DNA from: Hydrolagus affinis
Lineage: Eukaryota
Assembly: GCA_012026655.1 (NCBI GenBank)
Contig: JAAILG010002548.1
Coordinates: 1 to 53,379, forward strand
Direction of reading: 5' to 3'
Length of the DNA stretch: 53,379 nucleotides
The notes beneath the pieces were generated by a model. It saw nothing but the letters and a program-made list of their open reading frames with translations. It was not told the DNA's origin and did not search any database. Positions within the stretch are counted from its first letter, which is position 1. Every line of letters starts with the position of its first letter. The translations under genes and the position numbers were made by a program. Shown here piece by piece: positions 25,051 to 38,754 of this stretch.

Positions 25051-27077
25051 ATTAAAATATTCAAGGTATTAATTATAAGATGTGGCATGTAAGCACAACA
25101 GTTTTTTTTTCTAACAATTCAATTGTTTCAAATCGATTAATTGTTTCAATGTGGAAGGTGTCGTATAACCATGTTGAATAAGTGATTCACAAGAGAAAAA
25201 AAAGCATGCTTGAAATGTCTTGAAAATGTGAGGCTGGAATCACCAAGATAAACAATGGGTTTGTGGCAAATGTAGTAGAGTCATGTGTAAGTACAAGAAT
25301 ATATTGGATACTGTAAAATGCAACACCTCTGGAGCAAGCATAATGATTAAACAGTCGGCAGCCTCCAACAGTGGTAATTCTGGCCTCTCCAGATCTCTCA
25401 CTTCAAAATCAGTGTCTTTGTTGTAAACATTCATATAAATGCCTCTGGGTTTTGTTTCTTAATATTTGCCGCTCACACTGCCCACACTGCCAGGATTGGC
25501 CAACACTTGCTGATAAGATGAAGGGCCCAAGTCAGCTAGCATGATGCTTTTGTTGTTAAGGCTGTCTCTCGCTCCCTTTGGAGAAAGAAACTTAGTTTGG
25601 CGAAGCTTCACTTTGAATTTTGACTCTGGCATCTTATAGACAATTCCATGCTGTGAAGGGACAGCAGTGATTGTGCTGAAAAGCTTTCCTTTCCAAAGAA
25701 TAAGATTGGGTTTTACATGAACATCAATCGGCATTCATTTGCCACGGAAAAAGGATTTTCTTCTTGGTTCATTCTTATAAAGGATCTTGTCTGAGGTTTG
25801 ACTGTTTAGGAGTCTTACTGTGATAAATCAGGATTTTTGCAACCAATCACTCAGACTGATTTTTTTTAAAGTTCAAAGAAGAGTTAAACATTACGCTACA
25901 AGATCTTGTCTGATGTTTAGCCATTCTGCTCATTTATTAATTGAATATTAAGAGACAAAATGTACTCATCGTTTAAATAATTTCACCGTGTAAATAAGCA
26001 AATAAAAAAAAACTACAGAAAAATCAAAGTAAGGCCATTTCTTCACAAGAATTAAATGATTAATTTTGAATCATGTACTCCTGCATTTTCCCACATTGTT
26101 AATCAGTGATTCATCCATTTTCTCGCAAGCATTTGTACAGTTCTTACACCAATATTTTCTAATCATCTGAAGCATTTGAGTTTGCGACCAGTTCAGACGT
26201 AGGACTGTAGTATTTGATTACAGATGTGAGTTTATTAAAATATGAACAAATACTCCTCTTCCACGCCACCTTGCTTTACATTTCGAAGGGATCCAATCTA
26301 TTGTTGTGATTTTTGTCCACTCTGAATATACCCTAAGAGTCTCTCATGAGTCGGTTAATTTCCATGTAATTTACTGGTTAAATTAACTGCTACCATAGAT
26401 CTGGTTTGACAAATTTATATACCCCCTGTTCGACATCATAAAATCGCTAATATACTTTGCTCCACATCACTTAGCCTTTAAAATAGCATTGGAAAATCCC
26501 TCATTGAGCAAACGGACTACACTGAGGATGAAAAAGTGAATTGCCCATCATTAGCAACAGATGTAGTTACGGCTCATGTAACAATATATTATTGACGTAC
26601 TGGGAAAAATACAATGCTGAAAGATGCAGATGCTTATAATGCAAAATATTACATACAATTGAAGCTTAAAACAATTGATCAAGCCAAATGCTTAGTCTGT
26701 GCCAATTTCAGATAGTGACGTCATGGGGCTTCAGTGTCTCTGGGTAAGTGAAGGTCAATATCAAGTTTATTTTGGCCTGATCATGCAATAATCATTATAG
26801 CAGGTAAACAAATTGTTGTGCACCTCATGAATATTTCCTGAGTGTGAAAGATAAGGTGCAAGTGAGCTCCACTACCTGGGCAACCATATTTCCAGCACTA
26901 AGTGGTGCTTACAGAAGAAAGAGTTTAAATGCAGGTAAAATTAAGAGAAGAAAAGATGCTAAATGCACATTTACCAAACAAACATGAACAACTTGTGTTA
27001 AATTATTATGGTACAAAATGTTAATACTTGCAACATATACAGAGGCCAAAGTGATCAACAGATTGATATTTTTATAA

Positions 27078-27185
27078 AAAATAATCCTTACATTTAAATA
27101 TAGGTCCTTTCAGGTTGGAAGGATGTCTCAAAGCGTTTCACAGGATTTACGGCAATGTACGGTGACTGTATTTGGGGTAAGAATG
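27078..27185 (-). mobile_element. SINE tail fragment
   Basis: ataatccttacatttaaatatagg...gatgtctcaaagcgtttcacagga. Confidence 0.75.
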
Positions 27186-28737
27186 TCACAGATACACTCA
27201 GTATTACTAATTTTCGCAGCAGTCATTGTTGAATAATGCGTCATATTTGATGCAAATATTTTTAATTTTATTTTAAACAACAGCATATTCTTGGAAACAT
27301 TTAGTTTATTGTTCAAGCATGGCATGTTGACACAGAACAGTTAGGAAAAAGAAATGTAGCCCTTGTTTCACATATGAATGCCAAATAATTAGATAGCTTG
27401 CTGTTTATTTCATAGTTTACGAAACCATAATACTTATGAAATACAGTTTGCAAAGGGAAGCTAAATGAGTTAATCGGCCGCTCAGCTGGATTACTCTGGG
27501 TCCATTGTGTATCAGTGAAGTTATTACAATTATATCGCTGCAGTTAAAGGGAAAGCAAACAAATTCTTGTGAAGAGGAGATGCCGCAAAGATGGTTTGGC
27601 AACGCAGCTGAGTTTATTTTTGCAAAGTGTATCTGTGTGAAGAGAATAATGGAAACACCAGATTTCGAACTTCTATTCAGCTTCCACACTTTTAAATAAA
27701 AGAAACCTGCAGACCTGCAGTGTGGCATTGGATTGTTCAGCTGGAACACAAAGCGTGGGTGTGTGTGCTCGCTCAGTGTTAAAAGCAGCCACTCCTCTCC
27801 CTCCCCTGCACTAATGTGGAACTCCCAGGATACAAAAAGTCTGAAAATGCTACAAGGAACCTGACAGCATTGGGCATTATTTCAGAAACAAAACAATGTC
27901 ACAATTTTATTGTGCTTCTGCTGAAGGGGGCATTATCAGCATCAACCAGACAGAAGATGTTTGTTGAAAATTTGATGTAATTCACAGCAGAATTCCTGTG
28001 CTGCAGAGTCACTTGGAAAAGGGATAATTAAACCATAATTTGGCCAACTATTGAATAGCTTGCTGCTACACCTGTTTTGTTGATGCAGGTACAATAGAAA
28101 TACAATTCTGCAGCCTGTGGAGTCATGAAATTCTTACATGCAAGGAATTCCTACTGAACACCATTCTCCGTTGGTGGAAGGATGAAACCGTTTGTTTTAG
28201 TGCGATGAGAAAGTGGCTTGTTTTCAAAAGAAAATTATGTCAGACAGATCAATTGTGAAACAATGTGGACAGCAAAACTGAGTAGGGCACTGAGCCCTAA
28301 ATGTAGCCGAGTGTAGCAGTTTATTCAGAAACAAATCAGTAACGTACGAAAGTGGCATTTAGAAAAAATAACCGAAGTGACTTGTGCTATCAACATAAGG
28401 CAGCTTGAAAAAGGTACATATTGTTTCAAACCAATTGTTCTGATTGAAAATAAGTGACCAGCAGGTTACATGAACAGAATGTGACCGAAAATAGTATTGC
28501 AATCAATTGAGTGGTGTCCAGCATGATCACAAACTGAACACAAGATTAAACAATAGTAATTTCAGATGTTAGTGTTTTCAATTAATTTAATACGTATATA
28601 TAAGGTTGTATTTATGGAATGATAATATAAACGCAATCAACATGATGCAACAGCCTAAGAGAAATCAAAGTGATGAGACTGACAAAACATCCCATTCAGG
28701 CACTGAAATATTCACACACTTTGAAGCGATTTAGAAT

Positions 28738-29010
28738 ACCAATTTACATTTATATAGAGCCTTTCATGTCAGGAGGTGCTCAAAAATCCTGCTTTGGCAT
28801 CTGAGCTGGGGGTGGGAGCTGAGGGGGTGGAAAGAAGAAAGACAACCAAAAATACTGTCAAATCAAGTAAGTCTTGAGGCAGAGATTGAACAACATGAGG
28901 CAAGGAGGGAGTCGGTGGCACTCTGGGATGGAGTTCCAGAGCTTGTGGGTAGGTACACTGAAAACCAGGATACCAAATGGTGCAGCAAGCAGGGTAGGCT
29001 GGTGCCACTG
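28738..29010 (-). mobile_element. L2 LINE 3' fragment
   Basis: KLWNSIP...LKTYL in the ORF track, with an L2 terminus at 28740-28780. Confidence 0.8.
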
Positions 29011-30959
29011 AGCAATTTCCAAAATATCCATTACGACTATTGTTTTTAACAATAGATATTAGCTAAAGCAGGAATAAACCTCTCCACTACACTGGACTCA
29101 ATGAAAAGAAAGTTTTTCTTTTAACACAAGACAAACAATGGGGAAGACTGCAGTGGAGGCATAGAATTGTGTGTAAATTTTAACTTATCCAATAAAGATA
29201 AGTTTACATGCGCTTGTGGGAGAGAGAGAAAAAAAGCCAACACAAAGCAGGTCTCCAAGATTCACTTTGAGATGTAGATCTTAAAACTGGACCAGAAGCA
29301 TGGTTTAGCCTGAATTTCAGACACCTTTAACCTTTTAAAAGCAGATTTGTTTTAAGCACCCAACAGAGCACTAAATGCTTTGCGAGAAGTTAATGTTCTG
29401 ATTGGACAACATCTGCGTGTAATTTTAAAGAGAAGCAAGATATTAAAACAGCAGCAGTCTAACTTTGCACAATTATACCATATTACAGTAAATGATTATG
29501 TCATGCAGTTCAGCATCTTGCCAAGCACCATTTCCTTGAAGCAGCAAAAACACCCATGGTTTATTTGATATTCTGGATCCCTGTGAGAAATGCAGCTGAC
29601 AAATGATAAATAGCAGTTGCTGACAATCATCAAACGGCTGCCATCTCTCTTTGTACAGTAAGTACAAAAGCAGTTATACAGACACAGGGGAGGAGATTGT
29701 TGGCAAACGTAAGATACAAACACATAATCCACTCGGTAAATCACGGCTTCATCTGAAAAGCATATGTAACAAAGGCCAGATGCTGCTGGATTTTACATGA
29801 TGAAAACTCTAGGTAAATCGCGAGGGCTAATGATAATTTTGCACACGTTTCCTTCTTTAAATCCCTAAATCCTAGGTAATTGCAGTAGCCTGCAGCAGAT
29901 CTACGGCACTAAAAGCTCTGGTGAATTGACGTTGTACAATGTGTAATGAAAAAGCCGATTAAAAATTCCATTTTTAATCCAAGTTGCAAAATCTATAACC
30001 TTATGACAATTTATTTAGGTGCAATTTAGTTCCCATGTAAAACACATATGACCTTTACGCTCGACTATTCTTTACCAAGCAGTGGTTTGTAAAGGAATGT
30101 ATTAGCAAATCTTTTTTAAATTTTAAGGAAATATTTCAGCTTGTTTCTAAGCCACGCTGTGCACAATACAGGAACGAGCTCAATGTACATCGCAATTTTT
30201 CAAATGATTGGTCAACACAATTTTAATGAACCATCTGGTTCTCTGTTAGAAAGGGATTATCCGATGTTGGCACAGTGGGTGGTGGCAGCCAGTTCATTCT
30301 GAATAGACACAAGAAACTAAATAAAATAATTGATTTTGTGGAACTTGGTAGTGGATCACTGTCATATTGCTGGCAGCCGATTAACTTTTAATTCAGCGTG
30401 TTATCTCCATTTCCCTAACAGCTTTTTATTTAAACAGATGCTCTTCAGTTTCCTCTCTTTAACCTGATTCGAGAACCTTTAGCTAAAAGAGAGAGCGAGA
30501 GAGAGAAAAAGAAGGTGAACTGAACCACAGCGTGTTCTTAGCTCAGAGACCCGAGGTGCTTTAAGCGATGGTTGGTAAGAGGTATATAAATTTAATGAAA
30601 GATGGATGCAACCGAGACAGAATGTCAGTTCCCCATAAAATGGCACATGTCAATTATCATGCTTTCTGCAGAGAGTTTTACATTCTTCCTCTGGGACTTG
30701 CAACAGTAGAGACAAGAAATAATCATGGGCATCAGATTGGAAGTGTGCACAAGGGCTTTGGAGGCCTAAAATATGCTAGGTGGAAATAGGCAATGTGGAA
30801 ATAGTGCAGAAAGATCTGCCCCATGGGGCATGGGGGAGAAAAAGAGGCAGCAGAGATTGGGAGCTGGTGCTCTGTGCTCTGACACACACCCTTTTCTCTC
30901 CAAATAAACGGCAGCATTTACTCAGATTAAACACATACAATTAAAACCGTGCATACAGA

Positions 30960-31172
30960 CCAGCTGGACTGTGAGTGTTGGTGGGCCATTCTGAGAAGGA
31001 GGGAGGAAACATTGCTGCCGAGCACATTAATGCCCTTAGCTGACATCCATACTTTCCAACAGGGATCACTTAGGGAACAGGAAGGAGCACTCCCTGATTT
31101 TTCCTACGATTCTCAAGCCAATTATACTGCCTACACCAATTCCTTGAGACGAGTTAACTGATCCCAAACTGA
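30960..31172 (-). mobile_element. Ancient SINE relic, AmnSINE2-like
   Basis: The reverse complement has ataattggcttgag...gaaaaatcaggg...agtgatccctgttggaaagt...caacactcacagtccag, collinear with 41690-42010 and 43455-43840. Family name from memory. Confidence 0.55.
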
Positions 31173-32504
31173 GCATTTTGTTGTATTTACATGACGATGG
31201 AGGATTTACCCACCGAGTGATTCTACCTTATTTAAACAACTTTAAATATGCTGCGAAAACTGTTACGCAAAACAATGGGTGTTGGTGTAAAGTATTGCTA
31301 GTACTAATGTACATCCAGCTAAGTTGTTACACCAAGGGCACTGTCTGTAAATGCAAAATTGACATATGGGCAAAACAACTGCAGCTATTCACTTATGTGA
31401 CCTTCAATATATTCATGCATTGTCTTCCGAGACACATGAAATCAATAAGCCTTCTTGTCAAGGAGGCCATGGAGAAACTACAGAGTGCTGACTACTCTGT
31501 GATTTCTCACTAAATGTGAATATTTAGAAGAGCAAGCCTACAATAGAATTGCCTGTAATGCATGGTGTGAAACATGCACAGAGTCAGGTAGCTTTGTGAA
31601 GTGTAACTATTTTCTGTACATCAATAGAGAATGAATGACTTGCCCCGCAGCCTAACAGAGACTAGATTTTCTACAGCTTCATAAGATACTGATTGAAGGA
31701 CTGAAAGTGAAAGATATAAAGCTTCAGGGGATATTATTTCCTGGTTTCAAAAATAATAACTTTAGAATCCAGTATTGTCAACATAGTAATACATTTATCA
31801 TGCTGTGCATCAACTACAAAGTTGATAAAGCTTTGCGTAAAAACCATGGTTCTCACTTTCACAGTGAGATGTAGACTCAAATGGGAATAAGAGTGCAATT
31901 CTTGCACACTTCTAGTTGAAATAATGTAGCATTGCAATGATCAAGCATTCAGATACGAGTGTATGCGGGGTGAGGGTAGGGGGGGGAAATAAATGCAAAA
32001 AAAGTAGACCTTGTACCAACAGAACCCGTTCTTCCATTTGTGCCAGCAATACTCAATGTGCTAAGAGCTTAGTCTATGCCATACACTTGACTAAACACTG
32101 TACTATCACACAAGTATGCAGAGATATTATTTTCAATATTCTCACCAGGATTATCTCACAGATACATCCAAATGGTCTGTTTGTATAAACAAAAGGGTAA
32201 ATCCTTCACAATATCTGACTCAACCTTTGTCTCAATTGATTAAGGCTGCATTCCAAGTTTAAAATGCTAGGACTTGACGTTCAATTTTGAATTTGCTGAA
32301 TGCAATCCAGTGATCAAAAATGCTGAAAGCGCAAATCAAACAATGTGAAGAAGGTGCAGTCAAGCAAATGCAATCCGCTTACTCTAGTATGAAATGGGAA
32401 AGAGGGACACAAGAAGCTAAAGTATCACTGTATGTGATACCACTCCCAGCACCAAGACAAACAGAGACTCAAGAGAACCACTAGATATCGTAGTCCAAGC
32501 CGTA

Positions 32505-32695
32505 CAATAATAAAAATGCTTGCATTCAATATAGCGCTTTGCACGTCTTCTAGACATCTCAAAGCGCGTCACAGAACACACTGTAAAGTGAATTGGCTAT
32601 ATTTGTGGGCTAAAGGCAGCAGCCAATTGCGCACCGCAGTGTCTCATAAACAGTCGTGGATAGAAATGACAAATTTATTATTATTTTTTGAGGGA
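32505..32695 (-). mobile_element. SINE 3' two-thirds
   Basis: The tail plus ggcagcagccaattgcgcaccgcagtgtc...ttttttgaggga matches the full-length copy. Confidence 0.88.
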
Positions 32696-35407
32696 TGGAG
32701 ATTTACTGAATTGAAAACAAAACAAACTGAAATGTTGGTTTTGTACCAAACAAAAATAGATCAATGAAAAGCACGGTTTACCAAAAACTGCACTCTTAAT
32801 TTATCAGTTAAGATTCATGCATTAACACGGGAGGTTGTTGCACCTCAACTGAGCTTGGATCCTTTTACTTGCATCGTTTGTTTCTCTCCCCCGTCCTTTC
32901 TCTCCTATCCCTGCCCCTGCAATTGAACCCGCCGCCCCCCCCAATTTATAACGTAATAGTTGCAGCCCATAGAGTCTCACCCACAGCACTAGAATAGGGT
33001 ACGATTATATATCAGAGTTTCCACGTTCACTTTGGGGAATTTCAGAAAATAACGCAAAAGGCAATTTATCATATGGAAGAACTTCAACTCTGAAGAGAAG
33101 GGATGGGACATAAAACTAGATGCTTGGGTTGGGGAGGAAGAATACATGAACTTAAAGAGTTCCTGGCTGGCTGAGTAAAGAATGGGATTGATATGAATTG
33201 AAAAGGTCCATGGTAAAATATAACAAAAATTTGAGAAACGTAAAATAATTAAAATGGTATATATTATGTGCATCTGACATCTACACCAATTAAATATGAG
33301 GAAAGGCCATACTCCTTATGAAGTTACGTTACGTTATGAAGTTCAATCGAAATCTTTTGGCTGAGCACAGAATGTTGGGTGAAAGTAGGGGAATGACAAA
33401 GGACACCACACAGATCCTTACGATATAGCCTACAAAGGCAAATAAGAGGACTCTACTTTCTACAATCAAATAAAAAAATCTAAATTTGAGAGTTGCAGGG
33501 GAGTACACCAAAAGGGCAATTTTCAATTAGAATTGGACAGTGCAAAGGTTTCAGTGACAGATTGACAGAATAACCTTTACGATACCTTTATAAGATGAGG
33601 AAGTTATTGATAAAAAATCTGCTATCTTAGATGTTCTGCATTGCAAGACAAGTCAGAGTTTGGCTTAGGCTTAATTTTTAATAACTGCAGTATACCTTGG
33701 CCTATATTAACAATGGCAAGATTGTATGACTTGCACAGGCACTATCTATCTAATATGTCAATACTATGCAGTATTTTCTTTTTTTTTAAACTGCCCTTGC
33801 CACATGTTTCTCTTCATTTATTTTGGAAAACAATAATTTTATTGAAACAATTTTAAATTGGAAGCATTATCAAGGAAAAAATGTCTGCTTAAAATTCCAA
33901 AAATATGAATAAACGTATTATGATGCAGCAGGGAATTTGGAAATGTTCCAAGTGTATTTCAACCGCTATGAAGACCAGCATTCTTTTTATTTGATGGACA
34001 CGAACAATGATTCTGAAGTCCACAAAGCCTCACTGATTTTGACCCATTGATTATGTACATCACCTACTCGTGTCATATGGAATTATTATATGCCTCAGTG
34101 AAGAACCCATATCCTGTATATTGTGGACATTCATTGCCTTGTAAAAAGGCACATAATTAAGATGTAAAAAAACCCTAACTAACTAAACAGATCCCAGAAC
34201 ACAGGCAAAGCTTAACAATTTCACAACAGCTGAATTATTTTTCCATTTTAAAAATGCGTTGTAAATACTGCAACATATGGTTACATTCAGGACAAATAAT
34301 AAAATGTGCCTATATAAATACTTTCATTAACTTTCCTTCTTAGTTCACCCGCTAATAGGCTAATGCAAATCATTTAAGCATCTATTTTGCCTCTTGCTAT
34401 GCACAAACAGATCTCTCGTTTCTGTAAAATCTGCAAAGCTCTAAGTACCAACAGCATCCTTCAGTGTTAATGAATATTTTAAATATTACCGTCACTTAAA
34501 TGTTTTTTAAGGTTGAACATTGTACATTTAAATAGAGGATATGCATTTGAATATTTGTCACAGAAATTTCTAAACATTATAATATGGCAGGTGTTAAATC
34601 AAAGCAAAGATAGCTGATGGAACATTATGGAGATTACAAAGGAACTACTGAAGTTCTAAATATGAAACTAAACGAGATATTAATGAGACCATGGAAGAAG
34701 GAAGAATGATAAATGGGGAACTTGTTACTATTTTCATAATTCAGCAGTCCGTTACCCATCAGTCCAACAATTCCGCTCAATTCAGCATGCCCCAGAGGAA
34801 ATACAGATTGTTTAAATACAGGGATTAAATAGACAGCCCACAAAAAATGCATAAAGAGCCAAGATTAGCAGAAATCTGCTGTGGATTTTGCTGGCTCCTT
34901 CCCAGACACACATGTATGTCATAATTAATGCTTCAGTCTCCCTGTTAGAATACTTGCGTGTTCCCATTAACGTTAAAAGATAAGAAAGACCATAAAAGAG
35001 GCACAAAAGGTACCAAATAAGCCAAAGAAGTTCAGAACATTTGAGTAAATGTAAATATATTCCCACAACAACACAAAAGACATTTCCAACCATGTCAGAT
35101 AAATCAGGAGCAAACCATAAATAGTTCAATATGGCTGCTAAAATATTCAGCATTTCATTGAATTAATTAACTTTTGGCTGCAACAATATCAGTGTGCTGT
35201 TCAATAATAATGCTTTCATACCCCAGCGAATTGCCATTGAGAGAAGTCTTTTAGGTGTTGATTCCACTTGTATTAGTTCACTGAATTACATTGACTCAAT
35301 TAAATGATCTGAAGCTAATACAAATAGTGCTGTTAGTGTCATATAGTTTGATATTGTTAGGAGGGACAACTCTTGGTGTTTTGGATAAGAAAATTACAAC
35401 AAGGACC

Positions 35408-35847
35408 ACAAAATTATATTTGTTAAGTGCCTTTCATGTCAGGAGGAAGTCCAACAACAACAATTGAAACTTAAATAGCACCCTCCAGACCGGGTGGCAC
35501 CTCAGAGCATTGAAAAATGGTGGAGCTTGAATCTGAGCCGGGTGTGGTAGGGGGGGTTGGGTTGGCAGGAGGTGGCCAGAAGCACAGTTGAAGAAGAAAA
35601 TTTTCAGGCCGGACTTGAAAAGGGGAAGAGAGGGGACAGGGCGGAGGGATTGAGGGTGTGTGTTTCAGAGTTTGTGGGAATGGTGGCTGAAAGTATGACT
35701 TCCAATGGTGGGGCCTAGGGTGCAAGGGACAAGCAGGAGACCAGTTGAGCAGAGATTCTGGGTGGTGGTGGAGAGTGAGGAGGTCTGAGAGGTAGAGAGG
35801 TGCCAGGGAGTAAGTGGATTTGAACACGAGTGTGAGGATCTTGAAGT
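35408..35847 (-). mobile_element. L2 LINE 3' fragment plus a second short L2 tail (about 35408-35452)
   Basis: DFKILTLVFKSTYSLAPLYLSDLL in the ORF track, a C-rich UTR and a (TTG)n terminus. Confidence 0.9.
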
Positions 35848-35850
35848 CTA

Positions 35851-36164
35851 AATAATAATATAAAGAATAATAATCCTTCCATTTGATATAGCACTTTTCA
35901 CGTCTTCTAGACATCTCAAAGCGCTTCACAGAATATACTGTAAAATATATTTGTGGGTAAAACGCGGTAGCCAATTGTGTACAGCAGTGTCCCATAAATA
36001 GTCATGAATTGAAATGAACAATTTACTATTGTTTTTTTGAGGGATTATTATTAGGCATGTGGAGTATGGAAACTTGCCCATGGTTTTGCCCTGACCTGCC
36101 TGGAATCAAACCCAGGTCTCTTGCTTGTAAGGCTAGTGCTCTAACCTCCGAGCTACAGGACTTC
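35851..36164 (-). mobile_element. Full-length (about 300 bp) tRNA-derived SINE
   Basis: Reverse complement in order: tRNA-like head GAAGTCCTGTAGCTCGGAGGTTAGAGC...GGTTTGATTCC, CORE-like TGGGCAAGTTTCC, Deu-3'-like GGGACACTGCTGTACACAATTGGCTACCGCG, an L2-type stem-loop tail and (ATT)n. Confidence 0.93.
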
Positions 36165-36275
36165 ACAAAATGGTGAAATTACATTTCTACCATTACACAA
36201 ACAGAAGCACGTTAACCCTCTCCTCCTCTAGCATTTACTACCTCAGGCCATCCCCCTGAATCCAAAAGGGCCATT

Positions 36276-36440
36276 ATTAATAATAAAAAATAATCCTTGC
36301 ATTTGATATAGCATCTTATCACATCTTCAAGACATCACAAAGCATTTCACTGGATATACTATAAAATGAATTGACTGCATATTTTGTGGGCGAAATGCAG
36401 CAGCCAGTTGTGCCTACAGCGTTCCACGTGCAGTCGTGGT
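36276..36440 (-). mobile_element. SINE 3' half
   Basis: aataatccttgcatttgatatagc...gcagccagttgtgcctacagc. Confidence 0.85.
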
Positions 36441-36925
36441 ATTCTAAATGTATACCTACACAGTGGGCATCCACAAATTACAGCTTGACTGTGAGAGAAA
36501 TTGGAGACAAGCTCCTTTCACATCCAAACATTTTTCAGGAGATGTCACTGACTGGTGATCAGGACCAGGGAATCTGGCCAGTTTCTCTCCCTCCCAGCAA
36601 TAAAAGGCATCACATATCAAAGAGTAAAATCTGGGATCCTGGTCTCTGTGGCTGAATGCTACACCACAAAAACAATAGGTCTGAAATAGCTTTAGTTTGT
36701 TACTTAGTAACTAAACAATCGCTTTTCTCTTCCCACACCCTCTCAGGCCAGTTTGCATGTGAACAGTCTCCAGTGGAAATTTTCTTTTCTTGTTCGCTTC
36801 ACTCATCACTCATTACTCTTCTTCCCTTGATATTTCCTTGTTTTTAGTGTCAGTGGGTCATATGAGGGTTAAGTTCTCCGAGTGCTGATGTTGTGCAAAC
36901 CAGGAGTATAAAGAGATGACAGTCA

Positions 36926-37475
36926 AACAACAGCAACATTTAGAGCGCCTTTCATGTCGGGAGGATGTGCCAGGGCACTGAACAGTCAGGGGTCAGGACC
37001 CGAGCATGGGGGAAGGCCAGGGTAGTGGGTAGGGGCGGGGTAGGGGAGGTAGAAAGGTGGGAGGGTGGCAGAAGGCACGATCGAAAAGGAGGGTCTTGAG
37101 ACCAGCCTTGAAGGATGCAAGGGAGGAAATGAGATAAAACTGTGGGATGGAGTTCCAGAGTGTGGAGGCAGAGAGCCTGAATGCCCGGCCACTGATGGTA
37201 GGGCAGGTCGGGAGGGAGACATGGAGCAGTGCCCGCTGAACAGAGGGGGTGGACCGGTTGGTAGGAAGTCAACAAGTTAGAGAAGGGAGAAAGCTGTGGT
37301 GGCCTTGAAAGTGAGGACAAAGATCTTGAATTTGAACCTCTGGGGGATGGGGAGCTAATGGAGCCAGGCAAAGGTGATGGGGTCGTGGAGTCTGGTGCAG
37401 GAGAGGACAGGAGCTTCAAAGTTTTAGATGATCTACAGCTTGTGAAGGGAAGAGCTGGGGAGGCCAATGAGCAGC
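36926..37475 (-). mobile_element. L2 LINE 3' fragment
   Basis: Overlaps in homology with 2188-2380 and 44187-44533, with an L2 terminus at 36930-36985. Confidence 0.93.
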
Positions 37476-38754
37476 AAGTTTCTGCAGAAGTTTGCTAAAC
37501 AATGAAGAGGAACCACAAACTACAACAATCAGCAAAACTCTCAATTGCCAAGCAATCAACAAACACTTCAACACACAATTCATTTATGACTCATTTTAAT
37601 CCGTATACAAAGTCGCTCTTATTGGTTGTTTACAATTCTTGTTAAATATGTAGCTTTCTTTAAGTTCCCATTAAATAGAGAATCTAGAAAGCCCAAGGAA
37701 TTTCATGACAGAAACCTCATTGATGGGTTTAGGTAAGGTGAAAATGACAAGAAAAAGCTTGAGCACTTTATAACTGTCACCCACACCCTATGCTGAGATG
37801 ACTCAGATAGATCAATCATTTCTACAATATAAACTTCAGAGTTGTTGGGATGGTTTTATTCCTGCTTTGTGACCAGTGACAGCTCAGAGAAAACGGACAG
37901 GCGGGTTGAGTATTTGATGTATGAGAATATTTTTACTGAAGGATTAATGATTGTGACAACTGCAGAATATTTATCAAGTGATCATCTGCAATTGATTGAT
38001 GGATATAATATATATATCCACGTAATCAAATAAATAAATATATATAGCTGGTCACAGTTTATCGTGTAATAATCATACAGGGATTTCATCAGTCATTAAT
38101 CCTTCAATGTAAATAATCACACATCACAGATTACATTGACTGCTGCTTTGCACATCCAGAACTGTTTTCACTAAATAAAACACATCCTGAACTAAAGCAA
38201 CTGTGCTTTCAGAATATCAAACCGTAATCGTTTTCAAAATTAGCCACAGCTCAGGGTTCAGATGACCTTTTAAAATTTAAGTTTACACTATAGTATCTAA
38301 ATGGCTTGATCAGTTTAGGACTTTGCAAACAATCCATTCTTCTCTTGATCATGTTAAAATGACTGGAATAACATGGCTTACTGACCCCTCAATTTTACAG
38401 GGAAGCCTTGAAACAACATTCATTTCTCTGCTGATCAGAGGGAGTTGAGACCAGTTAAATTGGAGAAACTGCAAAAGATCAGTCACCCAATAATAAATAA
38501 TTGTAATAATTCTGATTAAAGAGCAAATAATTTCATGTTGAATTAAATATCAATTTCAACATAATCATGACATGGAGGTGAAAGCCCCAAATATAGGAGG
38601 CAAACCCTCAAAAATGAGGCCATTGTAAGAACTGAAGAGTTGTTAAATTCTAGACAGAACAATAATATAGGGTAGTTGACACTGAATCACATGTACAAGA
38701 TATGACAATGGTTTTACTAGAGTTGCAAATGAGCTCTTACAAGAACTCAGCCAC

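Noticed and set aside
35471-35995. Longest ORF in the window (174 aa)
   Set aside because: It is a chance read-through across a SINE tail and an L2 3' fragment.
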